Shown: positions 52,167 to 64,000 of the stretch, piece after piece
How the letters are laid out: each line of letters starts with the position of its first letter
How positions within the stretch are numbered: the stretch's first letter is position 1
DNA from: Octopus vulgaris
Lineage: Eukaryota
Length of the DNA stretch: 64,000 bases
Assembly (NCBI GenBank): GCA_951406725.2
Contig: OX597814.1
Span: forward strand, 181,784,001-181,848,000
Direction: 5' to 3'
Notes under the pieces: model-generated
Seen by the model: the letters and a program-made list of their open reading frames with translations, nothing else
What the model was told of the DNA's origin: nothing
Databases searched by the model: none
Position numbers and translations under genes: made by a program

Positions 52167-53491
52167 ACAAGCCATAGAAGAGGTAGCTATAGCTGCACAA
52201 GCTATCAAAACTACGCCATCAATATGTGTGTGTGCGTACGTGTGTAAACCACAGAGACCGTCTGAAACTGCAATGGATATGTAAGAAACAAGTTAACCTA
52301 AAGAAATAACTAATCTATATAAAGCGACAACTCTGCAAGAATAACAAACCAGCGAAATATATACTGGATCAACAAAAAGCTAATTCAAAGACAGAAACAC
52401 ATAACACATACACTCTTTCAGCAATTTTTATAGTAGAGATGCAACGTCTCTACAATACACATGAAAGATTAATATAAATATAAATGTAAACTGGATAGTA
52501 ATAGACAGTATAATTCTCTATAGAAATAGTTTCGTGAAATACTCCTTGTAATCCCCTTTACCCCTTAGAAAATTCCAGCGTAGTTATGCAAGAAATATAC
52601 CTGCAAACAGAAGAATGAGTTGATGTAACGTTGTAGATAGCAGATTAAGGAAAGCAAAAATAGTAAATATCTGCTGTTGTAACTGCAGCAAGAAATACAG
52701 TACACAGTTTATAATGATAATGTCAACAGCAACAGAACAGTAATACAAAATAATCAATAAATTAACCAACGGAAAGAATGGCAATTTAGAGATATCACAA
52801 ATATGATACAAACCTCAAAAATAGGCATATAAAAACGGTTTACACGCCCTTAGATACGATATAACTTGGCATACAATGAAGTTACATAATAACAATTTTA
52901 ACGAAACGGGTGATGTTGTTCGCAGGTAACAAGTGAATTGGGCAATGAAAGAAATGAAGAAATAAAGAACTTAACAAACCAGGATATGAATACAAAATCA
53001 TCAAACAGAATCTGGGTAACAACTGCATTTGCCGATAAACGACGATAACACAAAATGAAAAATGTGTGAATTAAACACAAATTACAACTCATAAAAATAG
53101 CAAAGCCGGCTAATGAAAACAGAACAACCAACGAATTGGCAAATGAAACAACTGCAACCAGTCAATGCTTTAATAAAAACAACGTTTAGAACGGATTAAT
53201 AAAACCAATAATCATTCACAAAAGAATGAATCCATTCTGATATATAAAACCAGCTCGAAATAATGGACCCCCTCCCCAGTATTCAGTTTAAATACAAAAT
53301 ACGTCATGTATTCCTTACTTCATTCCTCTTCCATTGACAATCTTTAACACTTGAATGTGCACACATATATAGCGGAAATTGCCTATTGTGATCACTGTGA
53401 GACGAAGCCTTTTCGATTACAATAATCGACCGCTAACATTAAGCAAAAAGTGGGCTTGAAAACGTTTAGTTAAAATTATCTGTGACTTTAA

Positions 53492-53879
53492 GGAGGAAGC
53501 ACTCCGTCGGTTACGACGATGAGGGTTCCGGTTGATCCGAATCAGCGGAACAGCCTGCTCGTGAAATTAACGTGTAAGTGGCTGAGCACTCCACAGACAC
53601 GTGCACCCTTAACGTAGTTCTCGGGGATATTCAGCGTGACACAGAGAGTGACAAGGCCGGCCCCTTGAAATACAGGTACAACAGAAACAGGAAGTAAGAG
53701 TGAGAGAAAGTTGTGGTGAAAGAGTACAGCAGGGATCACCACCATCCCCTGCGGGAGCCTTGTGGAGCTTTTAGGTGTTTTCGCTCAATAAACACTCACA
53801 ACGCCCGGTCTGGGAATCGAAACCGCGATCCTATGACCGCGAGTCCGCTGCCCTAACCACTGGGCCATTGCGCCTCCAC
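53492..53879 (-). mobile_element. tRNA-SINE family C, full length
   Basis: Same family as 45336-45719. 10-bp TSD GTGACTTTAA (53482-53491, 53880-53889). Confidence 0.9.
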
Positions 53880-53899
53880 GTGACTTTAATAACTGTATA

Positions 53900-54141
53900 G
53901 TGGAGGCGCGTGGCTTAGTAATTAGAGTTTTGGACTCATGATCGTAAGATAGTGGTTTCGATTACTGAACCGGGCGACACGTTGTGCTCTTGAAAAAAAA
54001 CACTTCATTTCACGTTGCTCCAGTCAACTCAGCTGGCAAAAATAAGTAATCGTGCGACGGACCGGCGTCCCGTTCAGGTGGGGAATACATACGTCACAGA
54101 AACCGGTCCTATGAGTCCAGGATTCGGGAAGGAACTTTTCT
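53900..54141 (+). mobile_element. tRNA-SINE family D (CORE-like middle, V-domain-like 3' part)
   Basis: Head GTGGAGGCGCGTGGCTTAG...GGTTTCGATT. 3' part TGCGACGGACCGGCGTCCCGTTCAGGTGGGGAA shared with 24403-24705. 8-bp TSD ACTGTATA. Confidence 0.8.
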
Positions 54142-54239
54142 ACTGTATACAAGTTGTATGATGACAGGCGTAACCACGGTTAAGAAAAAGAACTTCTGTT
54201 TGTGTGCATGTATTGTACGTATGCATGATAAATGCTTAT

Positions 54240-54447
54240 CATTTATCTTTTACTTGTTTCAGTTATTAGACTGCAGCAATTCTGGGGTACCGCCTTTAAT
54301 AATTTTAGCCGAAAAAATCGACTCCAGTACTTTTTTTTTTGTCTCTCTCTTTTACAGAACCGCTAATTTATGGGGACGTAAACACACCAGCACCAGTTGT
54401 TAAGCGGTGGGGAACAAACAAAGACACACACACACACGCACACACAA

Positions 54448-54493
<46 letters not shown>

Positions 54494-54861
54494 AGAAAGG
54501 AAATGAAGATAATGCTGACAAAATAATTTAAGTAAGAGAGAGTGTATTTAATTAGGTGAAGTTCTTTTTACCGGTTGCGCATTTGTTATGCTTATCAAAA
54601 GATATTTTTTAAAGAGAGATAAACTTTCTTTCTGATAGATTTTTTTCTCTTATCTGGATAAGAGAAAAAAATCTATCAGAAAGGAAGTCTATCTCTCTTT
54701 AAAAATATCTTTTGATAAGCATAACAAATGCGCAACCGGTAAAAAGAACTTCACCTAATTAAATACACTCTCTCTTACTTAAATTATTTTGTCAGCATTT
54801 TCTTCATTTCCTTTCTTTATATATCACAACTCGTGTTCCACATCTCCTTTATATATATATA

Positions 54862-54918
<57 letters not shown>

Positions 54919-55090
54919 ATATATAATCTCATGATGGGTTTCTTATAGTTTCCATCTACCAATTCACTCACAAGGCTTTGATCAGCTCGAGACTATATAG
55001 TAGAAGATACTTGCCCAAGGTGCCACGCAGTAGGATAGAATCCGAAACCACGTGGTTTAGAAGCAAACTTCTTACCACAAAGCTACGCCT
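54240..55090 (-). mobile_element. SINE family A split by a palindromic insert in its (TA)n
   Basis: 3' half 54240-54455, 5' half 54930-55090. Confidence 0.8.
54494..54850. mobile_element. Palindromic PLE-like pseudo-LTR pair in (TA)n
   Basis: Arms 54494-54654 and 54657-54816 are near-perfect inverted repeats. One-sided ~34-nt tail ending CATCTCCTT-(TA)n. Hammerhead-like UUGAUAA-GCAU-AACAA-AUGC-GCAA-CCGG-UA at 54712-54741. Confidence 0.8.
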
Positions 55091-55876
55091 GTTCTGATTT
55101 TTGTTTTTTTTTACTTTTCCATTTTTCGGTTTATCCGCAATTACAGATGACTGCTGTATTCATTCATTTATTACTTCTATGTTAATAGCAAAATATAGAA
55201 TTAATGCATGTGAGGAGAATGAATACAGAGAATACTAACCTCACACAGGTTATCAAGTTAAAAAAAATAAGTGCCACTCCCATTTTGTTGTTTGCAGTCA
55301 CCCAACTGTAAAACGTACGTCGCACTCTTTCACACAATCACATATAGTGACCACATAAGCAAATATAAAAATTGTTTTATGTTTATTTATTAGTTACAGT
55401 CTTTGAATCATGACTATGCTGGAGCACACCTACAAGAGTTTAGTCGATTATACCAAACACAGTAATTTGTTTATTGGTTATTAATCTTGGTTTGTAGAAA
55501 AGTAAAGTGAAACGGGACGTAAAAGAAAAGGACGTCACTTAATTTAAAGTTATTGGGATTTTAGCATGCATAGCCAGTGGTCGGGGTGCGATATATATAT
55601 TTTATGGCACTTTATTTTTTTCTTTTGAAATTTTGCGCTTTTAGGAATAGTGCGCCAAAAACAATTGCATCCAGGGGCCCGCCTACGCTACCCAGCTACT
55701 TATATTGACTCCTGTACACTTATGCTTTCATTTTACCGATTTTGTAAGAGACAAAAAGCAAAATCCATAGTCCACCTTCGCGGAATGTCAGGGACTAAAA
55801 CGACGTATTTTTCATCGACAACGTTTTCTACGGTCATTCCTCTACCTATTAGTCATATAGATATATAATTTGAAAA

Positions 55877-56157
55877 GGTACTACTTAAGAAGAGTGGTCC
55901 CGGTGCGCGCACTCGCGCAAGCTAGTCGTGACTAGTCGATCCTTACTTTGTGTTTTTGTTTTATTTACTTTGTTTAAAAAATTATTTACTTTGTGTTTTT
56001 GTTTTATTTATTTTGTTTTAAAAAATTATTTACTTCGTATAAAAAAAATTTTTATTTTGTGTTTTATTTACTTTGCTAGGTAGTCGTTGTAGGATCGACT
56101 AGTCACGACTAGCTAGCGCGGATGCGCGTACCGGGACCACTCTACTTAAGTAGTACC
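55877..56157. mobile_element. Merlin-like MITE
   Basis: ~68-bp TIR starting GGTACTACTTAAG. Perfect 8-bp TSD TTTGAAAA (55869-55876, 56158-56165). T-rich tandem interior. Confidence 0.9.
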
Positions 56158-56749
56158 TTTGAAAATGTGATGTATAATATACATTTTTTTTAAAAATGAG
56201 CATTCAACTTTAGCTTCGCTGTGAAAAGTAAACAAAGTAGTTACAGGTTTTATATCTCCGTCGATAGAAAAAGAGGGATATTATCTTCCCATTTCTTTTT
56301 ATATATAACTAAAAGATAAATTATAATTTATTAAAAAATTGTGAATACATCTACTTGAATTGTACAAATATAGAAGAATTCCTACTGTTACTTTTCGCTG
56401 TTTTTGTGATTAGAAAATGGAAAGAAAAGATTATAGGAAGAACGAAAAATAGATTTATCAACCTATTTATCGGATAAATGGCACGTGATAATCCTATTTA
56501 ATGCAAATGTTCCTCCATGTTCGCTTAAATTCATAACATTTGTGTTTGTGTGTGCGAGAGAATTTTCATGTGACCGTTATAGAATCCTAATTACGGTTTT
56601 CGCTGTATTTCGAAGAGGAATGGGATGTTGTGACGTTCACACCCTTCTCAAGAGTTTTTACAGTGTAAATTAAAGAAAATTGTTTTAAACAGGTGGCAAA
56701 TTCTTACGCAAGACATTTGTCATCTAATTCATATTAATATTATTATTCT

Positions 56750-57130
56750 TTTTTACTTTAGCACGAAACCATAATTTGAGAGCGAGAGATGCAGTCGACT
56801 GAATCCATACTTGTTTGGTATTTATTTTATGTTTTGATCCCAGCTAGATGAAATGGAAAGTTGGTCCCGGTGGGATTCGAACTAAAGCATTTTATCCAGT
56901 TCTAAACTGATTCTGTTATATTACTATGGATTTATTGCAAATTAAAAGACCGTACATTTGTGGGGAGCTGTTATCGGTCGCATTGTGTCACAGCACAACT
57001 GATACTTAATTTATCCACCCTACTTCTAGAAATAAAAAGCGAAGTCGAAACTGGTGGGATTTGAACTCAGAATATAGAGGACGAAAATTAATAATGCGAG
57101 GTTTTATTCAGTTCGGTGTTAAATTGTTTC
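56750..57130 (-). mobile_element. Two old SINE family B remnants
   Basis: GATGAAATGGAAAGTTGG...GGGATTCGAACT and AAGTCGAAACTGGTGGGATTTGAACTCAGAA resemble the reverse-complemented family B head and core. Confidence 0.55.
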
Positions 57131-57749
57131 TGCTATTTCATTCGACAACCTATCCCTAGTCCTCAGTCACATTTCCCCTTCCCTAAAATATAAAGCCGTC
57201 GTGCCTAGTATAAAATAAATAAAATTATAAGCAACAAAAATATTTTCCCAGTTAAAACCCTTACACTTTCCCTTGTTGTAAAAGCCCTTAGGAAAAAGGT
57301 ACTAGCGTCAAACATGTCCCGCATATACATCACACATATCCTTACACCTGTCCGCACCATCGTAAATCTGGAGCGTTGTGCCTAGTCAGGAAATCAATAT
57401 TGACATAGTGGCGAGCGCAGTACAGTAGGATTTAATCTCTCGACGAGCTGATTCTTATTCTGAAGTGTCAGGCATTTCACTTCACTTACGTCACTAATTC
57501 CACTAAGAAAGGTATGAACGCCACATATTTTCACTACATAAAAAAAACAGAAAAGGTTTTATGCATGCCTAGTCAAAAGAAAACTAATATTATTTGTATG
57601 CAGGGATGAGGTGAAGAAAATAAAGCTAGACGGTAACAAAACAAAACTAAAATCGATTAAAAATAAGATGAAGATTGCATTTTCTGTTAAAGAGGCACCA
57701 GAGCAGATAACCTAGTCGTAAGTTAGCAGTTGTAAAGTGTGTATGTATG

Positions 57750-57803
<54 letters not shown>

Positions 57804-57902
57804 AGTGTGTGTATGTTGTGTATATAAAATAAATAAAAACTACATTATATAATATACACATATATATATATATAAATAAATGTATATACATACATGCATA
57901 TA

Positions 57903-57941
<39 letters not shown>

Positions 57942-59001
57942 GGCTGCCCCCTCGATACACACATACACATGTATACATACAAAATATATATATATATAAG
58001 TATGACTATATGTATATAGCGCGTAGACGTGTGTATATGTATGAGAGGGAGATGGAGAGAGCGACATACTATTGTAAATTTCATGTATGTGCGTGTCTAT
58101 GTGTGTGTATGTATTCTCATTCTTTACTGGCTTCAGTTATTGAACTGCGGCCATGCTGTTGCTCGGCCTTCATTGGTTTAGACGATGATATTGAGCCCAA
58201 TCTAGTAAATGAATTTATCGATGTCTATTTGTCGAACCGCTACCTAACGGGACATAAACGTGAACGCAGACAAGAATGCCAACATGAAGATACAACAGAC
58301 ATACATACAATCAATACTCAGTTACAGGAACAAAATAGCACAATCCATAAAGGATGCTAGTTTTTTTTTTTGAAGAGAAATAAAAAAACAAAAAAACGCA
58401 TTGAGACAATGTGTACCGCATTCAGGCATTAATTTATACTAAAAATTATACCTTAGATTCTCTTTCACCGTACAGTACTGTGTTAAATTATATTGTAGAC
58501 ATGCAGTGTTAACATGTCGATATAATTATTTACTGATTCATATTGTAGAATAGATCCGCACAGTATGCTGCTCGCGGGCCGCAAGCGACTCCTTGTGATT
58601 TATCAGAAATGTTTGTTTATGTTATAACTAATAAATAGTAATTATTTTTTTCCCACAAAGTTGCAAACAATACATAATAGTATTTCTATATATTCGGAAA
58701 ATAGCAAATAATAATTATTTACTATAATTCTTTTTTTGAAACGATGCCAAGAAGAGTAAAACGTTCTCAAACACACTCATCTCCCACAATTTATTTGTAT
58801 TTTCATTTGAATATCTAAAATACGGTTCGCAGTACTTTAAAGCAATATGGCCATCGCTCATTCCAAGATGGGCAGGCAGGATATTTAAGGTCATCTCTCA
58901 TTATAGAACCAATTGAAATTCTCTCTCTATCTCTCCCTCTCTATCTCTCTCACATACACACACTCTCTCTTTCTCACGCCCACATCCACCTACATATATG
59001 A

Positions 59002-59055
<54 letters not shown>

Positions 59056-59373
59056 TACGTATATATTACATCTCTCTGTATACATAAATATATGTATACA
59101 CACAATACATATATATATTATATACATGCATTGATATGCATGAATACATATATTCATACATACATACATACAAACATATACATATATATTTGTATACATC
59201 ACGTTATTTTTTTTTCATCCATCATGACAAAATGTCATACTAGAATACTACCCACCCCGCCCACAGATATATATATATATATATATATATACGTGTATAT
59301 TTATATATATATAAATATACACGTGTATATTTATATATATACGAGTGTGTATATATATATATATATATGCGTG

Positions 59374-59410
<37 letters not shown>

Positions 59411-59533
59411 AGGTATATATATATATATATACACCTACACACAAACATATATAATGTATGTATGGAGATTCAAACAAGAACATCGAAAGCAAAACACGAG
59501 TATATATACTTTATTATTAATAACGAGCAGACC

Positions 59534-59623
59534 TACAGAGTGACTCAAGGACCGAGAGTTTCGTTCGTTGTTTTCTAAGTGGCAATACACGAAACTCTTG
59601 GCCCTTGAGTCACTGTAACTGTA
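59534..59623 (+). ncRNA. Pre-miRNA-like hairpin candidate
   Basis: AGTGACTCAAGG/CCTTGAGTCACT and CCGAGAGTTTCGT/ACGAAACTCTTGG plus a G-U-rich upper stem give ~34 bp with an 8-nt loop. Single copy in the window. Confidence 0.45.
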
Positions 59624-60744
59624 TAGCTTCCGTCGATTATACATACACACACACATAAAAATAAGTTCTCAGTGTTTATTTGCTTCTCGTTGTCCATCGA
59701 AAACTGACGATGACCAACTTCTTCACACGCACACACAGATATAGATTACAGATGGACAGGGAAAGATAAACACACGTGCGTCGCAGTATATCCCATCCCG
59801 AAACACAATATTTATCGTTGTTAAGTGCTCAAAGAAAGAATTCAAAATACAATAAACTGATTGGAGCTATGACCACGTTTGTGTGAATAAAATAAATCGG
59901 AATATAAATAATCTGGAATATATTATTATACAAAGTAGATATATATATATAAACATTGAATACATCGAGCCCGCGAAAAGTAATGGCTATGTTGAACTAC
60001 TTTTAGAGGCTACTTTTTTTTTGTCGATGATCTTTAAGTTTGTAGATTAAAAGTGAACGAATATGCACCCAAGCTGTTGTTTCCATATTACCGATTTGTT
60101 GCATTGTTTATAATGTAGCGTAAGTGCATTAGTTCGAATTATTGGTAACTCTTTCGCCCAGAAGTTTTTACCGTATTTAGGACAGAAGAAAGCCCTTTTT
60201 TCTTTTTACTTGTGGTTTCAATTGTTTATTCTACTTTTCCTTAGATTTGTAATCTAAAAGATAACGTTATATTCAAATGGTCAATAACATTTTTTTTCTC
60301 AGAATAAAAATACTTAATAGAAGTTCATAAAAAAAAAAATATTTAGAGATAGTGTGAGAGAGAAAGAGGGAGGGAGAGAGAAACAAAGTGAGAGAAAGAC
60401 AAATAAAAAGAATTATCTCCCTTAAATTCGTTTTAAGTGTTACACACAGTGTAACATATTGAGTGTATAAAAAGTAATATATGCGGAATGAGTTTTTCTT
60501 TTCTCAACTTTATCTTTTATCATTAAACAAAACCGCTAAGTAACAAAAAGTGCGAAGCTTTAATAATAAAATATTGCTAAAATTAAAAAAAAAAGATTAA
60601 AGGGATTTTTTCAATTAAATTTGTATCATATTTATTTCATGATATCTGTCTATATTCATAAATCTGGAGAAACGTTTACTTGAAGTTTTTCTTATTTTAA
60701 TTTTTTTTCAACTTTTACTTTCTTTACTTTTGATTACATCTATC

Positions 60745-60936
60745 GTATGTGTGTATATATATATAGATACATACATACATACATATATATATATAGATAC
60801 ATACATACATATATATATAGATACATACATACATATATAGATAGATACATACATACATATATATATACATACATACATATATATATAGATACATACATAC
60901 ATATATATATAGATACATACATACATATATATATAT

Positions 60937-60989
<53 letters not shown>

Positions 60990-61000
60990 CACACGCACGT
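60745..61000. repeat. Compound (TA)n/(TACA)n/TAGA microsatellite (similar tracts at 57.7-58.0 and 59.0-59.45 kb)
   Basis: Seen directly. Confidence 0.95.
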
Positions 61001-61970
61001 AAACATATTCGTGTCTGTATGTGTGTGTAATTTATATATAGTATGTGTATGTACGTCAAATACCCTTGACTCAGGCAAGTATCTTTTCAGCACTGCGACC
61101 TCTATACTTCACTCGAAATATAGTCTTCCTCATTTATGATGTGAGAAAGAGGAGAAAGGAAGGCTGGAAGAGAAGAGGGAGAGATAGAAAGATAGAAAGC
61201 GAGAACTTAACCGAACGGCTTCACTCTAAATGATCTGTTTTCTCGTCGACATTAAGGAAATGTCTGGAGCTCACGTACGTCACATTCCTTTCTTTCTGTG
61301 AGGATGCTCGCGTTAAAATTCTCGAAAGAAACAAAGTTTTGTTGCTTTTCGGATAAAAAAGATATATGTTTTATTGGACATGAAAATATTTCTAAAAGCT
61401 GGTGAAATTTCTATTAAGTATATTTAAAAATAAACTCGTACACACAAATGCATTTGAGTATAACTCAATACTAACTGGAGTGGCGTTTATAATTATTTTT
61501 ATCAAATATCAATTATATCTCCGCTGTTTCGGATAAATTGTATTTGCTTGTTCAGATGAAATGAAACACAAAGCTGAAAGTTTATGCATTATGTACTAGG
61601 CACGATTAAATACTGGAATAAACAACTGGAGGTAGGGAAATATAGTTTTATTATTACAATATTGAAGTCACTCTACAAAAAAGACTTTCCTGCGCGCGCA
61701 TACACCCACATCACTGCCATACACATGTCGCACTCCACACCCGCAGAAATCTATATTTAACACGTCGTATCCACATTTCGTATACAAACACATACTTCCA
61801 CTTGCGTGCAAACACACACTCATGGTTACACAGGCGTTTATGTGTATGATAGAGGAAGGCGAGAAAGAGAGGAACGCACTTAACAGCACAAAATTCTGCA
61901 AACACTATACTTCTATCAATAAAACTCATACATACCGCTTTCACTATCACCAACACTTATCATTATTTAG

Positions 61971-62004
<34 letters not shown>

Positions 62005-64000
62005 AAAATACATACCGAAAAATCTACAAAGAAAAAAAGCATCAATCCAACGCTATGTGATATCAATAATATCCTTAAAAAAGAATTTTCCGATATCTTC
62101 AAGTAATTAAGGTTTTAGTCTTTAAAAATATATATATAAAAATAAGTAGTAATACGGATTTAATACTTTTAAATGAAATTTTGAAATTCTTACTTTTTTA
62201 ATATTTGGGCCTAAAAAGTTAGGATTTATATATAAGACGTAAAATTTCCATAACTTTTAAGGGCTTTAACAAACATTTTTTTTTACAAGGCTCAGAATAT
62301 TTTACACATCAAGGAAGAGTAAGAACCAAATTGCTACCAAAATTTTATTATGAAGACAGTTTTTTTTCATGTAAAAACAAACACTAAAACAAAAAAAAAA
62401 ACTACAGTGAATAGAATATGAACAAGATGGCTGTCCACTTTGCTTGTCGTTAACACTTTGCTAGTCCTTATAAAGCCGTATATATATGCATATACACATA
62501 GACACACATATACATATATTGTATGTCATCAAAGATGAATATGCACTTGGATAGTTACATATACATACTTTCCCCACACATGATGTATATGTACACATGC
62601 CCATATACATACACATGAATATCATTATGTAAAAAAAAAATTACGACTGCGTTAAAAATCAAGGGGGCGAGCATTATATATTTGTATATATATGCATATA
62701 CATATGTATACATGCATGTGTGTATGTGTATGCAAATGTGCGTGTGTGCGCTTAAATTCCATAAAGCCATCGATTCTTATTTTCACTCAATAAAGAAAAT
62801 TTTAAAGCTTTAATTCACGTGTGTAAAAGGTATATTTATGCAAACCAAATACTTGTATTTAAGAAGTTTTAAATATATAATGAAATATGATATGTGTGTA
62901 TGTATGTATGTATCTATGTATATATATTACGTACATCCAAGCGATGCTTACTGTAAAAGATATTAACAATATGAAAATTTAATACTGAAATTATATTATT
63001 CATTATGATATTATAAAAAAACAACCCTCTTCTTTATCTATTAAAATTATTATTTGTAAAAATTTCTTATTTGCTGTCAGAAATACCCCCAAATCTGAAT
63101 TTTGGGACCCCCCATGTTAGTTACAATATAAAACCAATATTGTTTCATATAAAATGAGTATCAGGAGAATGATGCCTCAATATAATCTATGCCTTGTGGA
63201 AGGCTCGAAAAGTCAGTCTACATAGATGGGTGAGTCTACGTCATAACTAGTTCTAAAAAGCTTCGGTGCATTGTGGGAAGATTCAATGAAGCGTGAAAGG
63301 CAGCTACATTTTGCTATGATTGGTCAAAATGGTGATATTATTTGCATATCACTATTGTGGGCATGCGCACGAGTGGAAACCTGTCCCGTAACACTCGGGG
63401 GAAGGATCAGGGACCGCTACAAACGCTGGAAACAGTGCTACATTCGAAAATGATAGAGAATTAATTATATTTTTTTTTAACCAAAAGCAAAACAAAACAT
63501 TCAAATCATTCTCCAGATTTCATACCGTAAGTATCTCTAAGTATCTAAAGAATACTTATTGGACTTATCGACATTTTTTTCTTATATGCATGGTCGTTTC
63601 GAGGAAGATATAATTAACAAAAGCTAACTACAGAAACTGCGATTATTGGAGCAGCAGCAACAGCAACAATAACAACTGTACGCTTATATACCACATGCAA
63701 TATCTTCACTACCTTCTCCTCTCCTCCACCATATAACCAGCAGTATCGTTACAGTATATCCATTATATCACTCCTCAGTTGTGCATTACTTTTTTTTTTT
63801 TTACACATCCTAGTAGATTTGTACCTGCGCGCGCATGTCTGTAAATGTCTGTTGCAAGTATTGTGTGTATATATATATATGTATATAATATATATGTATA
63901 TATATATATATAGTAGTTAACATACATAGGTCATAATACTAGGATTGAGTAAATTCATGTACAGGATGTAGTTAAGACATAATAACCCAACCAGTTACAT

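Noticed and set aside
63160-63535. Possible host exon near GTGAGT/GTAAGT donor-like sites
   Set aside because: No recognisable peptide or convincing acceptor; such hexamers are expected by chance. Small exons cannot be excluded without RNA data.

Overview
AT-rich, microsatellite-dense eukaryotic DNA with no intact host gene that I can support. The repeat content (tRNA-derived SINEs with internal microsatellites, many (TA)n/(TATG)n tracts) looks like a coleoid cephalopod, probably Octopus; this is inference from recalled repeat families. Almost all listed ORFs are microsatellite or SINE artefacts. The window holds: (1) several Penelope-like element (PLE) remnants with RT and GIY-YIG fragments and inverted pseudo-LTRs; (2) at least four tRNA-SINE families; (3) CR1-like and RTE-like LINE fragments; (4) a full-length decayed Chapaev3-type (CMC) transposon and a decayed maT-like Tc1/mariner; (5) mariner-, pogo/Tc2- and Merlin-like MITEs; (6) Helitron pieces; (7) Gypsy-like LTRs. 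The strongest signal is a set of PLE-derived inserts in (TA)n tracts, two of them pure palindromes, carrying minimal hammerhead-ribozyme folds. Their 3:8 core pair differs by family (C-G, G-C, U-A, U-G). Also notable: a Helitron remnant with both OTU-like and USP-like protease motifs, a LINE whose 3' stem-loop matches the tail of the dominant SINE, and a pre-miRNA-like hairpin in unique sequence at about 59.55 kb.
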